A DNA stretch of 64,000 nucleotides from an uncultured cyanobacterium (GTDB taxonomy: Bacteria; Cyanobacteriota; Cyanobacteriia; Cyanobacteriales; Cyanobacteriaceae), in assembly GCA_963710605.1 (NCBI GenBank), contig CAVQBA010000005.1:268075-332074 (forward strand), given 5' to 3'. A model generated the notes under the pieces. The model was not told the DNA's origin. It ran no database searches and saw only the letters and a program-made list of their open reading frames with translations. The first letter of the stretch is position 1. The number at the start of each line of letters is the position of its first letter. A program made the translations under genes and the position numbers. Shown here one piece after another: positions 1 to 10,258 of the stretch.

Positions 1-2213
1 TTGCAATACTTGTTGTAATCAAACTTACCAACAGTACGGTATTGATTTGTGTCAATGAAGGATTTGATGCCATGTCTATAAGTCCTCTACTTCTAGCTAA
101 AGGATTAAGAGAAGTATAGTTACTTGAAATAAGAAGAGGTCTTACTCTTTCTCGTAAATTTTCTGGGCGAATTACTCCTAGTAAAAGTATTTTATCTTTG
201 TTATCCAATTGATTGGTATAAAAAATAATTCCACCAACATTAAAAATGATAACTTTTCTAGGGACTTCACCAGGTGCGCCTCTTGTTATGGTTGCTTCTA
301 TTATATTTGGTGGTGTTTTCCATACGTTATCAGGAAGATAATTGCGATATGTTAAAGCATATTCTCCTAATGCAAAAGTTGCTTCTATTATTCCGTTTGG
401 GCTGAGAGGTTTAATGTCATTAAAAGTCTTCTGTGTTTTGTTCAAAATATCTGGTTTTTTACCTAATACTAGTCTGCCAAAACTTAGGTCATCTGTTGGA
501 TGATTCTGCCCTGTATAAAGGTTGAACAACATCTTCTACTCCATATCCAAATTCTTGAGAATATAATCCACTAGGATCAATGTAAACAACTGGGTTTGCA
601 TTACCATATAAATACTTATGTAAAGAAAAAGGACTATTAATATCACCCTCATAAGTATCCCGACGAGTAAACCTTCCTACCGATTGATTATAATAACGCT
701 GTCTGAGGTAATACTCATCCAAATTGTTATCAAATTGCTCACCAGCAAATAAATACTGATTCTCTGCATTTCCAGTCGAATCAATTAAACTACCGAAAGC
801 ATCATAATCATAACTAGCAACAATATACCGATTCTCATCAGTTAAAATTCTCGTACTACCTAAACCGTCAACCTGATAAAAAGTAGTTTCATCATTACGA
901 GACTGAGAAATTAAATCCCAACCATAGACATAACTTACCCCTAACTCACCATCAACATACTCCTCTAACACCTGAGCATAAGAACGATTTTTATCCAATA
1001 GATAATTAGTCGTAACCCCATTAACCGTTTGGGATGTGCGGATATTATCCATGTCATAGGTATAATCAATCACATCTCCATCGGCAGTTTGTACCTGTAT
1101 AAGTCGATCGTCTAAATCCCAAACATAGATAGTCTCCTGACCATTTTGCGTAACCTTAACAGTATTTCCATTCTCATCATACTGATAAACCTTAGTAATA
1201 TCATCACCCGTTTCTGTCAACAACCAATCATTCTGATTGTAAGTATAGATAGTTGTACCTTCAACAGAATCAGCTTTAGTTAAACGATTACCTACAGCAT
1301 CATAAGTATAATCAATAATCTGACTATTATTAATCTTCTCTTGAGTTAGGCGATATAAATTGTCATAATCATACTCCACAACTCGTCCATCATTTTCCTC
1401 AACTAAAATACGATTACCAATCTTATCCAGAGTATATGTATAACTAGAAACAATGACATTATCAACAACATTCTCCAGATAAGTGAGACGATTGAGTAAA
1501 TCATAATCCCTGTTTTCTGTCACACCATTAGCAAACTCAGTTGTGACTAACTTACCAATACCGTTGTAAAAATAAGTTGTGGTATTGCTATCAATATCTG
1601 TAACAGTATCGATACGATTCAAATTATCATAACTATATTGAGTATCACCATCAGGCGTTAAAACTCGAATACGATTACCAGCACTGTCATATTGATATTC
1701 GATCGTCTTACCACTAGGTAAGTAAACACCGTTTGCATCAGTACGAGAAATTAATCTGTTACGCTCGTCATAACTATAAGCGGTTACACCAACGTTATCG
1801 GTAACTGTAGCAATTTGTCCTATATTGGTATAAGTGTAAGTAACTTGACTATTATCAATATAATATTCACCGATAAGACGATTGACCGACTCATAAATAT
1901 ATTCAGTACGATTACCTCTTTCATCAATAGTAGCCTTAGTCTGCCCATCTTGATAATATTCAGTTAGAGTACGAGGATTATCAGCAAGATAAGAAGGATT
2001 ACCATCAGGATAAACTACTTGTGTCCAATCAATTGTAACTTCTGTTTTCGTTTCATCAACAAAAGAAATAAAATCAGCAAGGGTGTCTATTTCATCAGGA
2101 TAAATAGTCTCAACTAATTGCCCTTTCTCATCATAACGATATTCTGTACGTCTATTTAAAGCATCAATTACCGCAATTTGTTGATTGAAATCATTGTACT
2201 TATAACGAGTGAT
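1..2213 (-). pseudogene. Orphan RHS/YD-repeat core (no start codon) with C-terminal PD-(D/E)XK nuclease-like toxin tip; frameshift at ~510; runs off the window
   Basis: The frame of ORF 489-1622 stays open upstream to ~2213 (ITRYKYNDFNQQ..., YD repeats) but has no start codon. RHS core signature YYLRQRYYNQSVGRFTRRD...YLYGNANPVVYIDPSG is present. Removing one base in the CCC at 509-511 continues the frame as QNHPTDDLSFGRLVLGKKPDILNKTQKTFNDIKP... to base 1. Confidence 0.85.
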
Positions 2214-2287
2214 TAGAGATCGTATTAAGTATCATTTTAGTCAAGTTTTTCTTGTTAGCATAAACAAGATTATCCTCACCAAGAATA

Positions 2288-3067
2288 TTAATTACATTTT
2301 TGTCTTCGTAAATATTTTTCTTGTCCATATTTATTAAAATTATCCAATTTATATTTAAGACTATTTATTTTATCTAGATCGGATAAATAAAATATAAGAA
2401 CAATATCTTTAAATTCGCTATTAATACAAGGTAAAAAATCTTGAATACTCTCTTCAACGTCATAACCAAATGCACCTAAGGAATTTTCAGTCATCCATCT
2501 ACGAGAAGGCAAAAACCCTGGTTTTGTTTGTGGTTCTATATTTTTAAAATTATTAGGGTTTTGTAAAAAATATTTTCCTTTCCAACCAAATATCTGATTT
2601 AAGTTATAATCTTCCCATGATATTCTTCTAACTAATTCATAGTAAGGTATTTGTTCTATTTTTTCTTCTGGAAAAAGAAGAATTTGTCCTCTGGGTAAAG
2701 CTATTTTAACTTGAGTGGAAAAACCAAAATATCCATCGCTATATTTAGACCATAATCGATTTATTTTTTTTAGATAATAACAGCAGATACCCTCTTTTTG
2801 CATATATCCTGAATACAGAACCCCATTAACGAACCAATTTAATCTAGATAGACCAAAAAAAACTTCTTCCTCTACTTGTTTTCTCACAATAGTAGATATT
2901 ATATTACTAGTTTCTCGATCGGCTTGAAACCAATCATGAGAGATAAGTGATTTTTCTAAACGAGAATAATCAATTATTTTTGATTGCCAATGATATAAAC
3001 CTAAAGCAAAAAAACATAGGCTAAATATTAGAAAATAAATTAAAAATTTACGAAAATATCTACTCAT
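2288..3067 (-). CDS. GUN4-like domain protein with N-terminal TM helix; candidate immunity protein
   Basis: IDYSRLEKSL...WFQADRET...INRLWSKYSDGYFGFSTQVKI...PGFLPS follows the GUN4 domain pattern. Starts 9 bp downstream of a toxin-like tip. Confidence 0.7.
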   Translation of the reverse strand: MSRYFRKFLIYFLIFSLCFFALGLYHWQSKIIDYSRLEKSLISHDWFQADRETSNIISTIVRKQVEEEVFFGLSRLNWFVNGVLYSGYMQKEGICCYYLKKINRLWSKYSDGYFGFSTQVKIALPRGQILLFPEEKIEQIPYYELVRRISWEDYNLNQIFGWKGKYFLQNPNNFKNIEPQTKPGFLPSRRWMTENSLGAFGYDVEESIQDFLPCINSEFKDIVLIFYLSDLDKINSLKYKLDNFNKYGQEKYLRRQKCN

Positions 3068-3076
3068 ATTACTTTT

Positions 3077-3585
3077 TTAAATATCATTAAGTCTTTCTAC
3101 TGACTTTCCACGAGAGAAAACATCTATAATATCTAAGCCTACGCCTAATCCAGAAGGATAAAATGCTGACTTTACAGTAATATCAAATAAAGCTCCAAAA
3201 CTAGGGAGTGCATCAGCAATAAAAGTCGTACAATTATGAGCTTTTTCTCTCGTCAAAAACAAATTTTCATATTTTATCCCAAAAAGATAAAGTAATGTAT
3301 ATGGAGTTGTTGAATAATAATGTGTTAGATTCGTTAGGTTGTTTTTTAACTGTGTTTTTTGTGCTTCATTATATTTTATGGCGTACTTATAATAGAAATA
3401 ATTATTATTAACAATTTCACTCAGCACATAATCATTTTCATTTTTTATTTCTGGAGTTACTCCTGAAAACGTATATGCTTGCCCATCAACAGCGATAAAT
3501 GAATGACCTAGAAGATATTTCGGACTAAATCCAACATAAACAAATACATCATCAGTAGAAGAAGTATTTGGAGCATTTATTGCTA
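3077..3585 (-). pseudogene. Orphan toxin tip, permuted papain-like (His...Asn-Cys) fold
   Basis: GHSFIAVDG...Y...HNCTTFIADAL. There is no convincing start; the 5' end is joined out of frame to an Ig-domain fragment. Confidence 0.6.
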
Positions 3586-4218
3586 TTACCACGGAATATT
3601 TCCACAAACTCGTCACTATCGGCGGTGGCAATTTCTAGGCTATAGTAATTCAAATTGTCATCGTCAATCGTACCAATAATGTCGGTGGGAGCGGTAATTG
3701 TGTTGTTTTCTATACCTGTCAAATCGAGGGAGACAACAGGGGCAGTAACATCACTACCATCAAAAACTTCAACAGTAATTATATATTCACCGACGTTTCC
3801 TGCCTCATCATAACCGTATGCTGTGAGTTGATATGTACCTAACTCATCAAAGGTAATATTACCGATTCCATAACGATCGAGTTGTATAGCTTGATTATTA
3901 ACTATTTCAATCTGATTACCTGTGGTGATATCATCTTCTAGGTTATTAGCAAATAGTTGTAAACCTGTTACACCAACGTTATCAGTGGCTGTTACTTGGA
4001 AGGGTATTGTTGAGTTCAGTTCAGCTTGATATTCTCCATTGACCACAAAAATACTACCAGGTAATAAGTTGACAACAGGAGCGATGTTGTCGGCGGTAAC
4101 ATCAAGAGAAAAGGTTTGTTCGACTTCTGCTCCTACTTCATCGCTAACTGTAATGGTGATGGTATGATTACCAATATTATCGATCGTCGGTGTCCAACGT
4201 AAACGTCCGAAATTGTCA
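3580..4218 (-). pseudogene. Fragment of a giant RHS protein N-terminal region (putative Ig/PKD-like domains)
   Basis: Frame open from ~4218: DNFGRLRWTPTIDNIGNHTITITVSDEVGAEVEQTFSLDV...ATDNVGV...DEAGNVG...APVVSL. Both ends are truncated. Confidence 0.7.
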
Positions 4219-4285
4219 GAATATATTTAGCTGTATTTTGCTATAATTACTAAGATCAAAAATCAGAAAAAGAGTTTTATTTTCA

Positions 4286-5182
4286 ATGAGTCAATTTCCT
4301 CATGATGACTTTGTTAAAGAATATTTACCCGAATTAATATCTAATTATGGGCTCGTAAATTCGGGAAAGAAAATAGCTTCTCAGACGAAAGAAATAGATG
4401 TCTTTTTTCAACCTGATAACAAAGTAAATAATAATTCAAATCAATTAGGTTTACTGGCAAGGTTATTGAGAACAACTTGTTTATTTGAGGTGTATCGAAA
4501 TTCAGTTACAGTTAATCAAATTAACGAGTGTATCGGGAAGTTAGTTGACTTGACGACATTATTAGGTAGAGAAAGTAAAAAGAGCAAAAATCAGATTGAA
4601 GCAGTAAATTTATGGATTTTAACACCAACTTTATCACAAAAAATATTAAACTCTTTTGAAGCAAGAACACAAGAGGATTGGGAAGAGGGAATTTATTTTT
4701 TACCTTCAGCTTTATCAACGGGAATAATAGTTGTACATCAACTGCCAGTAAATAAAGATACTCTGTGGCTAAGAATGTTAGGAAAGGGTAAAGTACAAGA
4801 GTTAGCCATCGAAGAATTAAATGCACTTCCAAAGGATAATCAATACAGAGACAGTGTTTTAGAGTTGGTCAGTAATTTATTTACAATGCTACAATTAAAC
4901 CAACAAAAAAAGCAAGAGTTAACCTCAGAAGATAGACAATTAGTTATGAAATTATCACCTATTTATACTGCTCGATTAAATGAAGTCAGACAACAAGAAG
5001 CAACTTTACTAATTGTTCGTCAATTGAAAAGAAAGATAGGTGAGTTATCTCCTAATTTAGAAGCAAGAGTAATAAGTTTACAAATCGACATTTTAGAAAA
5101 TTTAGGAGAAGCCTTATTAGATTTTAACTCGATCGATCACCTGATTAATTGGTTAAATGAAAACGACAAAGGATTAAAATAA
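4286..5182 (+). CDS. Rpn-like/PD-(D/E)XK family protein with C-terminal DUF4351
   Basis: HDDFVKEYL, EIDVFF, LFEVYRN; C-terminal LIVRQLKRKIGEL...LENLGEALLDF. Confidence 0.75.
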   Translation: MSQFPHDDFVKEYLPELISNYGLVNSGKKIASQTKEIDVFFQPDNKVNNNSNQLGLLARLLRTTCLFEVYRNSVTVNQINECIGKLVDLTTLLGRESKKSKNQIEAVNLWILTPTLSQKILNSFEARTQEDWEEGIYFLPSALSTGIIVVHQLPVNKDTLWLRMLGKGKVQELAIEELNALPKDNQYRDSVLELVSNLFTMLQLNQQKKQELTSEDRQLVMKLSPIYTARLNEVRQQEATLLIVRQLKRKIGELSPNLEARVISLQIDILENLGEALLDFNSIDHLINWLNENDKGLK

Positions 5183-5218
5183 AAAAGATCTGCTGAACAA
5201 CGATTTAAAAGGCATAAA

Positions 5219-6094
5219 ATGACAAAAGTAGCAGTTTTCGGGATGGGACTTATGGGGCATCCAATGGTGATTAATTTAGCTAATAACGGTATTTCTGTGA
5301 TAGCTTATAATCGATCGTCATCTAAGTTAGAATCTTTACAATCGCAAGACAATATTGCAGTCACCACAAACCCGATTGAAGCGATCGAATTTGCTGATTG
5401 TCTAATTTTGATGCTTAGTGATTATCAGGCGATTAAACAAGTTATTTTCGCTGATACGGCTGATTTAACCGCCAAAACAGTGATCCAAATGGGTACAATC
5501 GCCCCCGATGAAAGTAAAGCATTATTAGAGCAAATCCAAGCTAAAGACGGAGAATATTTAGAAGCACCCGTTTTAGGAAGCATTCCTCAAGTCAAAAGCG
5601 GTGAATTACTAATCATGGTGGGGGCAACAGAAAATCAATTTCAGCAATGGCAAAAATTACTAACTCACTTTAGCCCTAAACCTCTGCTTGTTGGTGAAGT
5701 AGGTAAAGCCTCAGCTTTAAAACTTGCTCTCAATCAAATGATTGCTGGTTTGACAAGTACTTTTGCCTTAAGTTTGAGTTTTGTGCAACAACAAGGAGTA
5801 GAAGTCGATACCTTTATGGAAATTCTGCGTGATAGTGCTTTATATGCTCCGACATTTGACAAAAAATTATCCCGAATGTGCGATCGTAATTTTAGTAATC
5901 CTAATTTTCCTAGCAAGCATTTATTAAAAGATATTAATTTATTCTTGACATCTGCTCAAACTAAAGGTTTAAATACAAAAGGTTTAGAAGGAATAGAAAC
6001 GATCGTTGCTCAAACTACAAAAAACGATCTAGCTGATAGTGATTACTCTGCTTTAATTGAAATGATTAGAAGTCAAACAATTGACAACGTCTAA
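5219..6094 (+). CDS. NAD(P)-dependent oxidoreductase, 3-hydroxyisobutyrate dehydrogenase family
   Basis: GMGLMG Rossmann motif, YLEAPVLGS, KLALN, LLKD. Confidence 0.9.
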   Translation: MTKVAVFGMGLMGHPMVINLANNGISVIAYNRSSSKLESLQSQDNIAVTTNPIEAIEFADCLILMLSDYQAIKQVIFADTADLTAKTVIQMGTIAPDESKALLEQIQAKDGEYLEAPVLGSIPQVKSGELLIMVGATENQFQQWQKLLTHFSPKPLLVGEVGKASALKLALNQMIAGLTSTFALSLSFVQQQGVEVDTFMEILRDSALYAPTFDKKLSRMCDRNFSNPNFPSKHLLKDINLFLTSAQTKGLNTKGLEGIETIVAQTTKNDLADSDYSALIEMIRSQTIDNV

Positions 6095-6191
6095 AATTAG
6101 CAAAATAGAAAATAGATTTATAATTAAGTAGAAAGTAGTGATTACAAATTAATTCTCCTCTGTTCATTGTTCACTGTTCACTTTTTACTGT

Positions 6192-6276
6192 TATAGCAGA
6201 GAACGAGTTGATTAGGACATGGTATAAGAACGAAAGCTATACCATATGAGCATTTTACCTTTGCACGAGTGCTATA
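6192..6276. mobile_element. MITE-like element with TATAGC...GCTATA ends
   Basis: Inverted termini TATAGCA/TGCTATA shared with four other intergenic elements in the window. Confidence 0.5.
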
Positions 6277-6346
6277 TTTGTTCTTGTCATTAAAGTTTCA
6301 TCTCTAGTTCACAAGAAAGTCACATCAGTTGTTTATAGTTATAAAT

Positions 6347-6410
6347 GTCAGCTTAAAACATAAGTTTTCCTCTTTTAGCTCCTTCGCACTTTAGGCTGAC
6401 TTTTTTTTTT
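6347..6410 (+). ncRNA. Candidate ~65 nt sRNA or leader/attenuator upstream of the Deg protease gene
   Basis: -10-like TATAGT at 6334-6339; GTCAGCTTAAA pairs with TTTAGGCTGAC; followed by T10. Confidence 0.4.
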
Positions 6411-6589
6411 AATTGTCTATACTGATAGTTAAGACCAAAAACAACTAGGAGCAAAATATATAATTATCTAATTAAAATCGATCGTCTTTGTCAAACCAGC
6501 AATAATTTTTATCTCTCAATCATAACTTAAAGATTTTCTCAATATATATTAATTCATTTATTCGTTAACTAATTACACTCATTTTGACT

Positions 6590-7813
6590 ATGAAAAACGG
6601 ACTTCGTCACTTAATCAAGAAAACAACTACAGGTGCATCTTTACTCTTGTTAGGTACAGGTATTGGTGTTAGTGTGAATTATCTAGTAAATACACCACAA
6701 ATATTTGCTCGTGGAGATAATCAAGAAACATTACTCACTCAACGATCTGAGCGATCGTCTTCCTCTCAATTTGTTGAAGGTGGTGATATCAACTTTGTTT
6801 CACAAGTCGTACAAGATGTTGGTCCTGCGGTAGTGAGAATTAACGCATCTCGTAAAGTTTCTAGTCGTCGAAATGTTCCCCCTATTTTTAACGATCCTTT
6901 TTTCCGTGAATTTTTTGGTGATCAAATTCCGCAACAACCTAACGAACAAATACAACAAGGTACAGGTTCAGGTTTTATTATTAGTGAAGATGGTAAAATT
7001 CTTACTAATGCCCACGTAGTTGAAGGGGCAAGTGAGGTAACAGTCAACCTCAAAGATGGACGAGTATTAGAAGGTAAAGTTTTAGGTAGCGATTCCTTAA
7101 CCGATTTAGCCGTAATCAAAATTGAAGCTGACGAAGAATTGCCTGTTGTGCAAATTGGTAACTCTGATGAGTTGATTATTGGTGAATGGGCGATCGCCAT
7201 CGGTAATCCTTTAGGCTTAGATAATACAGTTACTACAGGAATTATCAGTGCTACGGGCAGATCAAGTTCTCAAATTGGTGTCGGTGATAAAAGATTAGAC
7301 TTTATCCAAACCGATGCCGCTATCAACCCCGGTAACTCAGGTGGACCACTTTTAAACGCTAGAGGTGAAGTGATTGGTATCAATACCGCCATTATTAAAA
7401 ATGCTCAAGGGTTAGGTTTCGCCATTCCGATTAATCGTGCCGCTGAAATTGGACAAGCTTTAATCGCTGATGGCAAAGTAGAGCATCCTTATATCGGTAT
7501 CAGCATGGTTTCATTAAACGAGCAAACCAAAACACTAATTAACCAAAATCAACAACTTAATCTCACTGATGAAGAAGGTGTTTTTATCGCTAAAGTTATG
7601 CCTAATTCTCCCGCCGCTAAAGCAGGTTTACAATCAGGAGACATTATTTGGGGTATAGAAGGCATTGAAGTTAATGAGTCTTCTCAAGTACAACGTCAAG
7701 TCGCTTCTAGAAAAGTTGGTAGTGATATTACTTTGAATTTACTTCGTAACAATCGAGATCTTGATTTACCTGTCACCTTAGGTATTTTACCTAGTATGAA
7801 TTCTCGCCAATAG
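6590..7813 (+). CDS. HtrA/HhoA/HhoB family Deg serine protease with PDZ domain
   Basis: TNAHVV, DLAVIKI, IQTDAAINPGNSGGPL; C-terminal PDZ; N-terminal hydrophobic segment. Confidence 0.95.
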   Translation: MKNGLRHLIKKTTTGASLLLLGTGIGVSVNYLVNTPQIFARGDNQETLLTQRSERSSSSQFVEGGDINFVSQVVQDVGPAVVRINASRKVSSRRNVPPIFNDPFFREFFGDQIPQQPNEQIQQGTGSGFIISEDGKILTNAHVVEGASEVTVNLKDGRVLEGKVLGSDSLTDLAVIKIEADEELPVVQIGNSDELIIGEWAIAIGNPLGLDNTVTTGIISATGRSSSQIGVGDKRLDFIQTDAAINPGNSGGPLLNARGEVIGINTAIIKNAQGLGFAIPINRAAEIGQALIADGKVEHPYIGISMVSLNEQTKTLINQNQQLNLTDEEGVFIAKVMPNSPAAKAGLQSGDIIWGIEGIEVNESSQVQRQVASRKVGSDITLNLLRNNRDLDLPVTLGILPSMNSRQ

Positions 7814-7876
7814 GATTATTAACCAGATTTTCTGTTTTCAAAAAAAAAATAGCATATTTTTTGTTTTATTTAAACA

Positions 7877-7908
7877 AGCTTCCTTAAAATCTAAGGGAGT
7901 TTTTTTTT
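7877..7908 (+). terminator. Intrinsic terminator
   Basis: CTTCCTTA-aaatc-TAAGGGAG hairpin followed by a T-run. Confidence 0.7.
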
Positions 7909-8000
7909 GTTATTTAACTCATATTAGATTAAATAAATTTTCCGAGAAACAAAGCAAAAAACCTCTATGATAGTATTGTTTTGAGATTTAATCTTTACTA

Positions 8001-8762
8001 ATGAATCAGTATCTACTAATCATTTTATTATTATTTGTCAGTGGCTGTCAGAGTTTGCTCACGGGTAATATTCATCTTAAATATGGAAATCCTAGTCAGG
8101 CAAGTATTAATAATATCAACAATTACTTGCTAGAAAAACCACAATATGCAGTATCTTATAATTGTCAGAATGGTACAGCTAATTGGGTTAGTTGGAAACT
8201 CGATCGTACTTGGTTAGGTAATACCGAGCGTAGTGATGATTTTAGACCAGATCCAGATTTACCGATCGATTGTTATGCTGTTAGTCCGAATGATTATCGT
8301 GGTAGCGGATACGATCGAGGACATCTTACACCATCAGGCGATCGTACGTCAACTGCTTTAGATAATAGTGCTACTTTTTTAATGAGTAATATGATTCCTC
8401 AAGCACCTTCAAATAATCGAGAAGTCTGGCGAGAATTAGAAGAATACAGTCGAGATTTAGTTAATGAAGGCAAAGATTTATATCTTGTTGCCGGTGGTAA
8501 TGGTAAACTAAAAACGATCGCAAAAGGAAAAGTAGTTGTACCTAGATATACTTGGAAAGTAATCCTCGTTTCCAATCAAGGTAACTACGAACAAACGATC
8601 GCTATTTTAATGCCGAATAATAACACTGTCGCTCGTACAGATTGGGAAGATTATATTGTTTCTGTCGATGAAATAGAAGCACTGACAGGATATAATTTTT
8701 TCTCCAAACTACCCAATGATACTCAAAAACAACTTGAAAGCAAAATCTATCAATTCAATTAA
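8001..8762 (+). CDS. nucA: Sugar-non-specific DNA/RNA endonuclease NucA
   Basis: YDRGH active-site motif, TFLMSNMIPQ, WRELEEY; lipobox-like VSGC. Confidence 0.9.
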   Translation: MNQYLLIILLLFVSGCQSLLTGNIHLKYGNPSQASINNINNYLLEKPQYAVSYNCQNGTANWVSWKLDRTWLGNTERSDDFRPDPDLPIDCYAVSPNDYRGSGYDRGHLTPSGDRTSTALDNSATFLMSNMIPQAPSNNREVWRELEEYSRDLVNEGKDLYLVAGGNGKLKTIAKGKVVVPRYTWKVILVSNQGNYEQTIAILMPNNNTVARTDWEDYIVSVDEIEALTGYNFFSKLPNDTQKQLESKIYQFN

Positions 8763-9106
8763 GTTTCTACCGCTACGGTATGTAAAACAATCCATTCATT
8801 ATTAGATGATTTACCTACTACATAGATATCAATATTAACTTCACCAATCCGATAAATTTTTAACTCAGTTAAGTTAGTTTTCAGCCATTCTATTAATGCT
8901 TGGTATTGCTTTACTTCTCTATTCTCCTCTTTTCCATACCAAGATTTAGATTGAATTGCTTTACTAAAAAATCGATCGATATCAACAGTTTCAGCATCTT
9001 CTAAATTGAGCTTATCTAAAGTATCCCATCTTTCTAACTCCCAAAGTTGATCACTTTCACTACACCACCATAAATCTTCGATTAATTCTGATAATTGTTT
9101 AAGCAT
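8759..9106 (-). CDS. nuiA: Nuclease A inhibitor NuiA
   Basis: SESD motif, YRIGEVNIDIYVVG, C-terminal VET; convergent with nucA, stop codons overlap. Confidence 0.85.
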   Translation of the reverse strand: MLKQLSELIEDLWWCSESDQLWELERWDTLDKLNLEDAETVDIDRFFSKAIQSKSWYGKEENREVKQYQALIEWLKTNLTELKIYRIGEVNIDIYVVGKSSNNEWIVLHTVAVET

Positions 9107-9340
9107 TATTACCATATTGGTTATCTACACTAATAATTATCACCTTAAAACAAAATTTGTCATCTGGATTAGAAAGAAATTATTCAAAAAGACAAACATT
9201 TTTTATCTGAGAAACCATTTAAGATAAATTTTAAATAGGTAATCATCTAGTAATACCATAGTATTTGAGATTGATACCTCAAAATTTTAGCTCAAATCTT
9301 ACCATCGCCCCCGAAAACAATCCTGTTAATCCTTCTATCT

Positions 9341-9447
9341 TATAGCGTTTCCCATAATTATGAGGTACATTTATTATTTACAAGTCCCCCAAGATTGGGG
9401 GATTTAGGGGGCTTTCTTTGTACTTTATAATAGTGATAATTGCTATA
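9341..9447. mobile_element. MITE-like element (TATAGC ends, GAGGTACA subterminal motif, CCCCC/GGGGG hairpin)
   Basis: Homologous to 10090-10232 (inverted) and 50020-50177. Confidence 0.75.
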
Positions 9448-9559
9448 TTTAATCGGTGATATAGACAATGAGAGTATAATTATCGTAATAGTTAATTTTG
9501 AGCAACAAGATTCATTCAAAATTAATTATCAATTATTAATTATCAATTATCAATTAACG

Positions 9560-10078
9560 ATGCTTTCTTTACTGACTATTTTTAGTTCGATTATCATTTC
9601 GGTTTCTGGATTACTATCCTTTTGCACCATCCACGTAACTCCATCAACTCCATTGTTAGCTTCTATTCTTCATTTTTCAGGTAATCCTCCAGCAAATTTA
9701 GGCGTAAATGAAGGTAATTTGAGCAAATGCCCAGATTCTCCTAATTGTGTCGTTAGTCAAGCTAGTGATGATGAAGAGCATTTTATCGAGCCTTTAGATT
9801 ATGGTAAACTCGATCGAGAAGAAGCTTACCAAGCGTTTGTCAAAATTTTATCTGTCGTACCCGATACCGAAATAGTCGAGCAAACAGATAACTATATTCA
9901 TACTGAATCTAGTAGTAAACTAATGGGTTTTGTTGATGATGCTGAATTTTACTTTCCTGAAGATTCAAGTGTAGTACAATGGCGATCGTCTGCACGGATG
10001 GGAGAGTCTGATTTAGGAGTTAATCGTCGTCGTTTAGAGCAAATTCGTTTAGCTTTTGAAGATTACGTAAACAATTAA
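9560..10078 (+). CDS. DUF1499 domain protein
   Basis: CPDSPNCVVSQ, GFVDDAEF, SARMGESDLGVNRRR. Start placed at ATG 9560 because the upstream extension is heptamer repeat. Confidence 0.9.
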   Translation: MLSLLTIFSSIIISVSGLLSFCTIHVTPSTPLLASILHFSGNPPANLGVNEGNLSKCPDSPNCVVSQASDDEEHFIEPLDYGKLDREEAYQAFVKILSVVPDTEIVEQTDNYIHTESSSKLMGFVDDAEFYFPEDSSVVQWRSSARMGESDLGVNRRRLEQIRLAFEDYVNN

Positions 10079-10089
10079 CAGTTGACAAT

Positions 10090-10232
10090 TATAGCAATTA
10101 TCACCATTACGAGGTACATATAAATCCCCATCCCCCTTGCCCCTTCGTAAGGGGAAATTTAAGGATGCGCGCTTTTATTTATGGGGACTTGTCGATCGCT
10201 AACTGTACTTCACAAGTATGGGAAACGCTATA
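10090..10232. mobile_element. MITE-like element, same family, carrying an extra internal hairpin insert
   Basis: TATAGCAATTATCA...ATGGGAAACGCTATA. Confidence 0.75.
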
Positions 10233-10258
10233 TTGTTTATTTGATTAATTTTTTTTAA

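Noticed and set aside
9440-9559. N-terminal extension of the DUF1499 ORF (also 45968-46006 of the sulfotransferase)
   Set aside because: Translations of heptamer repeats (INYQLLII); downstream ATGs fit the families better.
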